DNA from: Macrostomum lignano
Taxonomy: Eukaryota
Length of the DNA stretch: 64,000 bases
Direction: 5' to 3'
NCBI GenBank assembly: GCA_002269645.1
Contig: NIVC01000461.1
Span: 248,001 to 312,000 of the forward strand
This document shows, in pieces, positions 35,401-47,400 of this stretch. The translations under genes were made by a program, and so were the position numbers. Numbering within the stretch: position 1 is the stretch's first letter; the number at the start of each line of letters is the position of its first letter. Under the pieces are notes generated by a model. It had not been told where the DNA came from. It did not search any database and saw only the letters and a program-made list of their open reading frames with translations.

Positions 35401-38400
35401 ATTCTACGTAGTATTCGCGTATAAATCTCCAAAACTAAAAAATTTTTTTCGATATTACGATATTATGACAGACAGCTCTGAGCGCTACCCGAGCAGCCAC
35501 AGTCCGGACACCTGTCCATCTCAGGTCAGGTCAGGCTCAGGTCTCATCTCAGGACACCTGTCCATCTCAGGTCAGGTCAGGCTCAGGTCTCATCTCAGGA
35601 CACCTGTCCATCTCAGGTCAGGTCAGGCTCAGGTCTCATCTCAGGACACCTGTCCAGCACTGAAAATAAGAAACCAATTATAATTGAAATGAAATAAAAT
35701 GCAGCTCAAAGTCCAAACTATAGAGGGAAGAGAGGGACTGAGGACAGGGAGAGGTTTGAAGGGCTGCGTCTCCATGACAACGAGTGAGACAAAGTTATGA
35801 GTATTTGCCAAAGCAAAGGCATACAGATGAGAGTTAAAAGGATTGAAGGATTTTCGATTAAACAATTTGCAATCCCGTGCAGTGCAGAATATGCCAGTGT
35901 TCAATGCTCCATCGCTAGCACTGCTAGTGCATATTTGTGTGACTCTTGCCTTAGTTAAAATCTGCCAGCTTGGAGACTGCAACATCCATAGAAACTCACT
36001 GCATTACCCCTTTGATGGGGAAGTCGAAGTGGGAAAATGGCCTGGGATTTGGCCCTCGCTCAGGTGGGGAACTGTTTGCCCCTGATGCGGGTTAGTTGAC
36101 AGAGTGATTCCTGTCGTGTGCACCTCAACAAGGCTCCGCTACTCGTACCTCTGTCCTGTGCAGTTCTCGGTCTGGTGTACTTTTTTTCTGAGCCGCTCTG
36201 GCTTATCACTTTCTGGCTAAATACCCAAAAAACTCCTGCGACATCTCAATTTTAAAAGTACAAGCGTAGTTGGACTCACGAATCGTTCAAATTTTAGTTT
36301 TTGTACTGCAAAATTCATTGGCGATAGATGGAGAGTTTTCTAGGGATCCACTAGAAGTTATCTACATATTTAAAGCTATGCTTTTATATTTAAACCTTGT
36401 AATGATTTACCAGACCAGGATTTCTAACTAATTTAATGATACAGACACATCGGTAACTTCTAGTGGTCCTTGTATCTCACATTCTGGACTTCTGAATTCC
36501 AAATAAAGCAAACATGTTTCGTTCGAGATGCGCTCACAAGTTTGTAAGACAGTCATAGACGGGGGGAGCATCACAAACCCGAAATATCACAAACCCGAAA
36601 TATCACAAACCCGAAATATCACAAACCCGAAATATCATAACTCCGAAAGTTCTAGCAATGTCCAACGCTATGTTGGTTTTCGGAGTTATGATATTTCGGG
36701 TTTGTGATATTTCGGGATTGGGATATTTCGGGTTTGTGATATTTCGGGTTTGTGATATTTCGGGTTTGTGATATTTCGGGTTTGTGATATTTCGGGTTTG
36801 TAATACTTCGGGTTTGTGATATTTCGGGTTTGTGATATTTCGGGTTTGTGATATTTCGGGTTTGTGATATTTCGGGTTTGTAATACTTCGGGTTTGTGAT
36901 ATTTTGGGTTTGTGATATTTCGGGTTTGTAATACTTCGGGTTTGTGATCTTTCGGGTTTGTGATCTTTCGGGTTTGTGATCTTTCGGGTTTGTGATCTTT
37001 CGGGTTTGTGATATTTCGGGTTTGTGATATTTCGGGTTTGTGATCTTTCGGGTTTGTGATCTTTCGGGTTTGTGATATTTTGGGTTTATTATGGGAAGTG
37101 ATTTCGGAGTTGCGATTTTTCTGGTTTATGATGGCGACCCCCATGGACTACTAAGTCACTGACGCGTTCGCCCCATTTGGCCCATGACTGCAATTTCAAT
37201 ATAGAGAGCGAGTGTAAAGTCTCAATAAACATAAATTCCTACGTCATTTATATTCGCATATTTTAATTATGACAAAAGTAACTGTTTCTGCTTCTGTTCT
37301 GAAACAAGGCTGTGTTATACTGTTGGCTTTGCAAAAAAAGACTCGAGTGTGGCGGCACGCGCGTGAGAATTCTGCAAGGGATTGGGATTCTGGCATAGCA
37401 ACAAGCTGCAGAGCAACAGCGAACAGGTTTTGCTGCTCCTGGCTGGCGAGAACCGGTTGCCCGAGCTATTCTGAGAGCAGCTTTATCTCCTCTGTTTTCT
37501 TACTCAAGATTCTTTTGTACCTTCGGGTTTACTTGTGCATCGCTGATTGCCCGTGATGAAGCCAGTGAGGCTGTCTCTGGGCGCGACTGGGGCTGCAGAA
37601 TTAATTATTGAGTATTTGAGTAAGCGAATGAAGTGAGTGAGCTTATGAGTGAGTTCATGAGTGACTTAATAAATGGGTTTATAAGCGAGTTTTATGAGTG
37701 AGTTTTATGAGTAAGTTCATGAGTTCATGAGTTCATGAGTGAGTTCATGAGTTCATGAGTGAGTTCATGAGTGAGTTCATGAGTTCATGAGTGAGTTCAT
37801 GAGTTCATGAGTGAGTTCATGAGTGAGTTCATGAGTGAGTTCATGAGTGAGTTCATGAGTGAGTTCATGAGTTCATGAGTGAGTTCATGAGTGAGTTCAT
37901 GAGTTCATGAGTGAGTTCATGAGTTCATGAGTGAGTTCATGAGTGAGTTCATGAGTTCATGAGTTCATGAGTGAGTTCATGAGTGAGTTCATGAGTTCAT
38001 GAGTTCATGAGTGAGTTCATGGGTTCATGAGTTCATGAGTGAGTTCATGAGTTCATGAGCTTATAACTGAGTGAGTTCATGAGTGAGTTCATGAGTTCAT
38101 GAGCTTATAAGTGAGTGAGTTCATGAGTGAGTTCATGAGTTCATGAGTTCATGAGTGAGTTCATGAGTTCATGAGCTTATAAGTGAGTGAGTTTATGAGT
38201 GAGTTCATGAGTTCATGAGCTTATAAGTGAGTGAGTTTATGAGTGAGTTCATGAGTGAGTTTATGAGTGAGTTTATGAGTGAGTTTATGAGTGAGTTCAT
38301 GAGTGAGTTCATGAGTGAGTTCATGAGTTCATGAGTTCATGAGTTCATGAGTGAGTGAGCTCATGAGCTTATAAGTGAGTGAGTTTATGAGTGAGTTCAT

Positions 38401-41400
38401 GAGTGAGTTCATGAGTGAGTTCATGAGTTCATGAGTTCATGAGTGAGTTCATGAGCTCATGAGCTTATAAGTGAGTGAGTTTATGAGTGAGTTCATGAGT
38501 GAGTTTATGAGTGAGTTTATGAGTGAGTTCATGAGTGAGTTCATGAGTGAGTTCATGAGTGAGTTCATGAGTTCATGAGTTCATGAGTTCATGAGTTTAT
38601 GAGTGAGTGAGCTCATGAGCTTATAAGTGAGTGAGTTTATGAGTGAGTTCATGAGTGAGTTCATGAGTGAGTTCATGAGTTCATGAGTTCATGAGTGAGT
38701 TCATGAGTTCATGAGTTCATGAGTGAGTTCATGAGTTCATGAGTTCATGAGTTTATGAGTGAGTGAGCTCATGAGCTTAAAAGTGAGTGAGTTTATGAGC
38801 GATTTCATGAGTGAGTTTATGAGTGAGTTCATTAGTGACTTCATGAGTGAGTTCATGAGTTCATGAGTTCATGAGTGAGTTCATGAGTTCATGAGTTCAT
38901 GAGTTTATGAGTGAGTGAGCTCATGAGCTTATAAGTGAGTGAGTTTATGAGCGAGTTCATGAGTGAGTTTATGAGTGAGTTCATGAGTGAGTTTATGAGT
39001 GAGTTCATTAGTGACTTCATGAGTGAGATCATGAGTGAGTTCATTAGTGAGTTCATGAGTGTGTGTCAGTAAGTTTATGAGTGAGTTTATGAGTGAGTTC
39101 ATGAGTGAGTTCATGAGTTCATGCGTTTATGAGTGAGTGAGCTCATGAGCTTATAAGTGAGTGAGTTTATTGTTGAGTTCATGAGTGAGTTCATGAGTTC
39201 ATTAGTGAGTGAAAATGCAGCAACTTAATTAGAATCAAAACAGCCGCTTTCCCGCCGCCTTCCAGTCTCCTTATCCGACTGTATCGGTATACCCGTCGAC
39301 GCCTCAACCGCGGCCGGCAGGTGAACTCAGCTGAGGCGGCTCCGCCCCGGCCCACGGACGTGAACGCGTACATTGTGCACGAGTACAACAAATTCTCATT
39401 GGATAATTTCACCACAGAAGAGTACATGGAGAAAATTATCCAGTTTGGCTTTCTAATGGTACGGCACGCATGCGCACTGCGGCTGTGTACATTGACACTG
39501 TGTTGCCATATTTAGCTTGGCCTTGAGATTTAATAGGTCCGCCCGCCACGTACAGGTCGCATGCGGCAGAGAGATTTTAGCTCTCCTGACCTTGAGAGAT
39601 TTCGTATTGCTTGTCACGATATATTAGCATGAATACTTGACGGCTGAAATATTGTTTAGGGTAAGGGTTAGGGTTAGGGTGCGCCCCTCGCCGTTTCTAA
39701 TAGCAACAGGTGCGCGTTTGCCAGATTGGCTCAGATTGGCTCAGATTGGCTCAGATTGGCTCAGATTGGCTCAGGTTGGCTCAGGTTGGCTCAGGTTGGC
39801 TCAGGTTGGCTCAGGTTGGCTCAGATTGGCTCAGATTGGCTCAGATTGGCTCAGATTGACTCCGATTGGCTCAGATTGGCTCAGGTTGGCTCAGGTTGGC
39901 TTATTTCGCGTGAAAACTCAACGTCCCAAAATCTCGCTATCAGTAAGAAACTCCAATCCCGAACTTGAGCAGTTGTTCGCGGCCTCATTTCCGCTGGCTC
40001 CGCTGATCGCGCTGCTCACCAACCTGTTCGACAACGCTACCGACGCGCACCGGATGCTCTGGAACTTTCGTCGTCCAGTCGCCATGATGGCGCAGAACAT
40101 CGGCATGTGGCACGACATCGTGGAGTTTCTCAACGTTGCCGGCGTCATTAGCAACGCGTGCATCATCGCGTTTACAGCCTCGTGGGTGAAACTGCCGCAG
40201 TTTGAGGAGATGTTGAACAATCTGCCAGCAAAACTCTGCATTGTGCTCATTGTTGAGGTGAGGTTTGAGATCAGGCGATTTAAGCATTTGTGACCCATTG
40301 TGAATTAAATAAGAGTTGAAACGATCGATCCTACAGAACGTGGTCCTTGGCTTGAAGTATTTCATCAGTGCTGTCATTCCGGACGTGCCGTCTCAGGTGC
40401 ATCTGCAGATGAGACGGGTGAGAAAGTCGTGCGATAAATCGGTTAATTTTCTGCATTCTGTCATGACAGTTCTCTTAAAGCATTCAATTTACACTTGTAG
40501 GAACGTTATCGAGTGCCGAAGATTCTCAACTCTGGGAACATTAAGTGAGTTTATTTGTCAATTTGTGTATAATGGGAACCTTTGTAGTCTCGGTTGTGGA
40601 TTTTTTGTGCCAATGTCAGGCTCTCCAATCCAATCCATAGTGAGAGGCTCTCCAATCCAATCCATAGTGAGAGGCTCTCCAAACCAATCCATAGTGTGAG
40701 GCTCTCCAAACCAATCCATAGTGTGAGGCTCTCCAATCCAATCCATAGTGAGAGGCTCTCCAAACCAATCCATAGTGTGAGGCTCTCCAAACCAATCCAT
40801 AGTGTGAGGCTCTCCAACCCAATCCATAGTGTGAGGCTCTCCAATCCAATCCATAGTGAGAGGCTCTCCAAACCAATCCATAGTGTGAGGCTCTCCAAAC
40901 CAATCCATAGTGTGAGGCTCTCCAACCCAATCCATAGTGTGAGGCTCTCCAACCCAATCCATAGTGAGAGGCTCTCCAACCCAATCCATAGTGAGAGGCT
41001 CTCCAACCCAATCCATAGTGTGAGGCTCTCCAACCCAATCCATAGTGAGAGGCTCTCCAACCCAATCCATAGTGAGAGGCTCTCCAAACCAATCCATAGT
41101 GTGAGGCTCTCCAACCCAATCCATAGGGAGAGGCTCTCCAAACCAATCCATAGTGTGAGGCTCTCCAATCCAATCCATAGTGAGAGGCTCTCCAAACCAA
41201 TCCATAGTGTGAGGCTCTCCAAACCAATCCATAGTGTGAGGCTCTCCAATCCAATCCATAGTGAGAGGCTCTCCAAACCAATCCATAGTGTGAGGCTCTC
41301 CAAACCAATCCATAGTGTGAGGCTCTCCAACCCAATCCATAGTGTGAGGCTCTCCAATCCAATCCATAGTGAGAGGCTCTCCAAACCAATCCATAGTGTG

Positions 41401-44400
41401 AGGCTCTCCAAACCAATCCATAGTGTGAGGCTCTCCAACCCAATCCATAGTGTGAGGCTCTCCAACCCAATCCATAGTGAGAGGCTCTCCAACCCAATCC
41501 ATAGTGTGAGGCTCTCCAACCCAATCCATAGTGAGAGGCTCTCCAACCCAATCCATAGTGAGAGGCTCTCCAACCCAATCCATAGTGTGAGGCTCTCCAA
41601 CCCAATCCATAGGGAGAGGCTCTCCAAACCAATCCATAGTGTGAGGCTCTCCAATCCAATCCATAGTGAAAGACTCTCCAACCCAATCCATAGTGAAAGG
41701 CTCTCCAACCCAATCCATAGTGAAAGACTCTCCAACCCAATCCATAATGTAAGGCTCTCCAACCCAATCCATAGTGAGAGGCTCTCCAACCCAATCCATA
41801 GTGAGAGGCTCTCCAACCCAATACAGTGTGTCTCAGTGTAAGGCTCTCCAACCCAATCAATAGTGTGAGGCTCTCCAACCCAATCCATAGTGAGAGGCTC
41901 TCCAACCCAATCCATAGTGAGAGGCTCTCCAACCCAATACAGTGTGTCTCAGTGTAAGGCTCTCCAACCCAATCAATAGTGTGAGGCTCTCCGACCCAAT
42001 TTAATGTGTCACAGCGTGAGGCTCTCCAATCCACGCTCATATTGTTATTTGGTGTGAGGCTCATGAGGTGTCCCAGCTGAGTACAGTATTTCACAAGTTA
42101 TAAATGTACTATATTCTTGGTGGTAGCAGAAAGTTGGCTATACAATAAAAGAATAGATTTATTTACAGCTGGAATCAGCATTACCAATCTGAAACATTTC
42201 CGCTGCTATTTTCGCACCCTGTATCGCAGCGCCATATCCGACGGAGAGGAATCCATAGCCAGCATGGTCAGCCTCGGCTCCCAGCTGCCATCGTATGTTA
42301 TTTTGCGATTTTATCCCAATGATGGGAATATGTGTGTATCTTTTGTTTTCTAGACACGATTGTATTTCCTTTTTGTTGTGCTATTTTCACTGTCCCGTGA
42401 CAAGGACGACTTAATTAGGACGTGGAAACATCGCTTTTTAGAAAAGTCAAGGAAAACTAGAAATTAGTACAATTATTTCTATTATAATTTAATAGATAAC
42501 GTCGCGATAAAAGGAAGAACCAAACAGAAAGCCATTTTGTTATCCTCTACTCATTTTTTGTTCTACATTTTTTTAAATTCTGGACGAAAAAAACAATTTT
42601 AGTATCTAATTTCTACGAATAAAGCCTTACAAAAATCAATGGAACAATAAAACAACCAGGCTATACTAAAAGATTTTTGTGCCGATAAAATTAAAAGTTC
42701 CTACCTATAATCTCCGTAGTGTGTTTTTTTCGCACGCCTATGCATTTTCTAAGAAACATTTCATTAACGTACTCGTATAAGTGCGTCTGTATTATATATT
42801 TTTTAAAAACCCTGCAAAGATATTGTTATAACTATTTTTGACCACTTTGTTTAAATGCAGTCCTTTAACTAGCACTAGCTAATCCTAATCCATCAGGAGT
42901 TCTGTGTTATAAACTAATCAACTAAATGCGATAAAACGAATAATTGAGACGTTTGCAATAAAAAACTATTTAAAATGAAATTAAAATTTCAGATTCTTTC
43001 ACATGCATGAATCTTCGTAAGTATATAACTAGTCTGAGTTAGTATGGATGATTTAATAATAGATAGATAAGTTCTTAAATAGGTAGCACATTAACTTTTT
43101 AAATTCAACAATAGTGCACGATTGTCTGTTTGAGATGTCTGGTCTTTAATTTCCGGATCTTTTTTCTCAGACTGTCTTAGATGTCTATATCATTATACGC
43201 AGTACATCCTTAATATAATGTATATTACTAGCAGAAATTCTAAATATTTAACTATTAGTAGAGAATATAACAGCAAAAAGCTGTTTATATGGCCTGCGCT
43301 TTTGAATGAGTGGTACGCTCGTACATTGTATTTTCGTCCAATATTGTCCCCGGGTAAATGTTTTGTGGCTAATTTTAAAAAGAAAACAAATACCCTTCTA
43401 TAGATAATAGTCGAGTACTGCATTTTTGGGATTACAATGTGAGCTATGAAAAAATTATTTTCTCAAAATTAATTTTATACATGCAAATATTCTTGAATCG
43501 AGAATATATGATCGAACTTTTATAGCTTTTTATGCTATCATTTCGTGGCGATACATTCAATGCAACTCTTATCTCAAAAATCTGTCCCCAAAAAGCATTT
43601 TTACAGTAAATCTATATTTTCACAACTGGTGGTGGCCAGCAGTTTTACTCATCCATTTCCTCTTACTATCTCTATTGTATTTTCAAGGCCAAAAATATTC
43701 CTGCAGTCTCGTCTAAAATTATTATACCTACTGCCTGCTTACGTTTCAGTGACGGCAGTGATGGATCGGTACCCAGGTATGCAAGTTAATAATTGTTGCA
43801 ACCATGAAGTTCAATACAAGACTAGGATATGGAGAAAACTCTAGAGATTCTGCAAGGCAGGAAGTGAAATGGCTGTCGGGACGGATTTCAGGACAGAGAT
43901 TTCTGGGGTAGTTTGGGGCAGGGAGTGGGGTGGCTGTCGGGACGGATTTCAGGACAGAGATTTCTGGGGTGGTTTGGGGCAGGGAGTGGGGTGGCTGTCG
44001 GGACGGATTTCAGGACAGATTTCTGGGGTAGTTTGGGGCAGGGAGTGAGGTGGCTGTCGGGACGGATTTCAGGACAGAGATTTCTGGGGTGGTTTGGGGC
44101 AGGGAGTGGGGTGGCTGTCGGGACGGATTTCAGGACAGAGATTTCTGGGGTGGTTTGGGGCAGGGAGTGGGGTGGCTGTCGGGACGGATTTCAGGACAGA
44201 TTTCTGGGGTAGTTTGGGGCAGGGAGTGGGGTGGCTGTCGGGACGGATTTCAGGACAGAGATTTCTGGGGTGGTTTGGGGCAGGGAGTGGGGTGGCTGTC
44301 GGGACGGATTTCAGGACAGAGATTTCTGGGGTGGTTTGGGGCAGGGAGTGGGGTGGCTGTCGGGACGGATTTCAGGACAGAGATTTCTGGGGTGGTTTGG

Positions 44401-47400
44401 GGCAGGGAGTGGGGTGGCTGTCGAGACGGATTTCAGGACAGAGATTTCTGGGGTGGTTTGGGGCAGGGAGTGAGGTGGCTGTCAAGACGGATTTCAGGAC
44501 AGAGATTTCTGGGGTAGTTTGGGGGAGGAAGTGGGGTGGCTGTCGGGACGGATTTCAGGACAGAGATTTCTGGGGTGGTTTGGGGCAGGGAGTGGGGTGG
44601 CTGTCGGGACGGATTTCAGGACAGAGATTTCTGGGGTGGTTTGGGGCAGGGAGTGAGGTGGCTGTCGGGACGGATTTCAGGACAGAGATTTCTGGGGTGG
44701 TTTGGGGCAGGGAGTGAGGTGGCTGTCGGGACGGATTTCAGGACAGAGATTTCTGGGGTGGTTTGGGGCAGGGAGTGGGGTGGCTGTCGGGACGGATTTC
44801 AGGACAGAGATCTCTGGGGTGGTTTGGGGCAGGGAGTGAGGTGGCTGTCGGGACGGATTTCAGGACAGAGATCTCTGGGGTGGTTTGGGGCAGGGAGTGA
44901 GGTGGCTGTCGGGACGGATTTCAGGACAGAGATTTCTGGTGTGGTTTGGGGCAGGGTGTGAGGTGGCTGTCGGGACGGATTTCAGGACAGAGATTTCTGG
45001 GGTAGTTTGGGGCAGGGAGTGAGGTGGCTGTCGGCAAGGTTTGGAGGACAGGGAGTGGGGTGGCTCTCTGGAGGGGTTTCTGGACTGGGAGTGAGTGGCT
45101 GTTGAGAGAGTGTGGAGGTGTTTTTGACTTTAATTCCTTCTCCCGAGTTTGAATTACTTCGAAAAAATTCTTTTTTTGAAAAACAGGAGACAGCCGAAAA
45201 GGCGCCGCCGACGGCCCAGAGGCGACGCGCCTCGAGCGAACGCTGCTGCCGATGCAGCCGACACCGAGGAGTCGCCCGGACTGCTCAGTTCCGACTGTTC
45301 AGCAGCTGACGCTGCCGGTGCCTCCGCCGTCGCGCCCTTTACAGCAACGGCGCTGTTCCACAGCGACGAGACCCGGGCGCCGGATGAGCGCCAGCGGTCG
45401 CCCCCGCGCGTCCACCCCCGGCCCGTCGTGCCAGAGGGTAATTATTTTTGGCAACTCCGACTTCATTTTAATGAGAGGCTAATAGATACTAAATATCTCT
45501 TAGAGCCTACTATAAGTAGGAAACATAAAGAAGTGTAAAGCGAAACAGCAAAAAGTCCACTAAATTAGTTAGCTAACCTAAAAACCTATATAAATATCTC
45601 AATTTTAATGCAGAATATTGCCTATTGAATTCACAGCAATAATTTTAATCACACCTGCCTCTACAGCAGGGGCCCGCAAACTCCGGACCGCGGGCCACAG
45701 GTGGCCCTCAAAGCCCTTCTATCCGGCCCTCGGGTCCTTTGAAACTTCACAATAGCAGTCTGGCCCGCTCAGTGTTTGTGTCTCTTCTCAGCTGTCTTCT
45801 CTTCTCTCTTCTCTCCTCTCCTCCCTCCTCTCTTCTCCTCTTCTCTCCTCTCCTCTCCTCTCCTCTTCTCTCTCCTCTCCTCTCCTCTCCTCTCCTCTTC
45901 TCTCCTCTCCTCTCCTCTCCTCTCCTCTCCTCTCCTCTCTCCTCTTCTCTCCTCCCTCCTCTCATCTCATCTACTCTCCTCTCTTCTCTTCTCCTCTCCT
46001 CTCCTCTCCACTCCTCTCCTCTCCTCTCCTCTCCTCTCCTTTCATCTCCTCTCCTCTCATCTCATCTCCTCTCCTCTCCTCTTCCTTCTCTCTCTTCTCT
46101 CCTCTCATCTCCTCTCCTCTCCTTTCATCTCCTCTCCTCTCCTCTCCTCTCCTCTTCTATTTCATCTTTTTTCTATTCCCCTCTCTTCGCCTTTATATTC
46201 CCTTGCCTCTGCTTTCTCTTATCTCTCTTCTCAATTCCCTCGCTTTTCTCCCCTCCTCTAGCCCACAGCCATGCGCTTGGTTTTCCATCTGGCCCTTGAG
46301 ATAAAAAAGCTTGCCGATCCCTGCTCTACAGGGTAGATGTATAAGGTATTTCAGAGAATTTTAACCCAAAATATTATAATTGTAAAAGTCTCATTTTTAC
46401 CGGTGAAACAAAACAATGCGCATAGTTACTAAATCCAGCATTGGGAATTGAGACTTGCATGCGCCATGCCGTATCTTATTGATCACGGCTTTACAAGAAT
46501 AAACTTCTTACGCATATTATTAGACGTTGTACTATTATTAAACCTTCAGAGACTTTCTCAGATTTTCTGATGAAGAATTCTCATACTACCAGACTCTCAA
46601 ATCTCATACTTTCCGTATACTAAAAATCAGACTCTAAAATCTCAGATTCTCAAATCTCAGACTCTCGGATCTCAGACTCTCAAATCTCAGACTTTCAAAT
46701 TTAAGACTCTCAAATCTCAGGCTCTCAGATCTCAGACTCTTAAGTCTCAGACTCTCAAATCTCAGACTCTCAAATCTCAGACTCTCAGATCTCAGACTCT
46801 CAGATCTAAGAATCTTAAATCTCAGACTCTCAGATCTCAGACTATCGGATCTCAGCATCTCAAATCTGAGATTCTCAAGTCTCAGACTCTCAGATCTCAG
46901 ACTCTCAGATCTCAGACTCTCAGATCTCAGACTCTCAGATCTCAGACTCTCAGATCTCAGACTCTCAGATCTCAGACTCTCAGATCTCAGATCTCAGACT
47001 CTCAGATCTCAGACTCTCAGATCTCAGACTCTCAGATCTCAGATCTCAGATCTCAGATCTCAGAGTCTAAGACTTACCGAACTTTCATTCCTATCTAAAT
47101 GGAACTACTCCAAGTTATCAAGATATTTCTTAAATTATATAGGGCCTCAGCATGTGCTTCGGGTATAATTAGCATGTCCCCGCATGATGATTCCATTGGC
47201 TGATATCAGACTCAAAGTTAAGTTTTAATGACAAAAACGATGAAAATACTTGTCATGCATACGAATCAGGCTTTCGACTGCCCAGCTTGAGATTGGCGCC
47301 AGCCAAGCTGACCCCAATTGATCAGGACAATGGTTTGTACTTTTCCTAATCGCGTCTCTCTCTCTCTATGCCGCCTCTGTTTTGCTTCTGTGTGTGTGCA

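Noticed and set aside
40551-42094. Four 413-492 aa ORFs
   Set aside because: The 27 bp unit is a multiple of 3, so the frames are trivially open.
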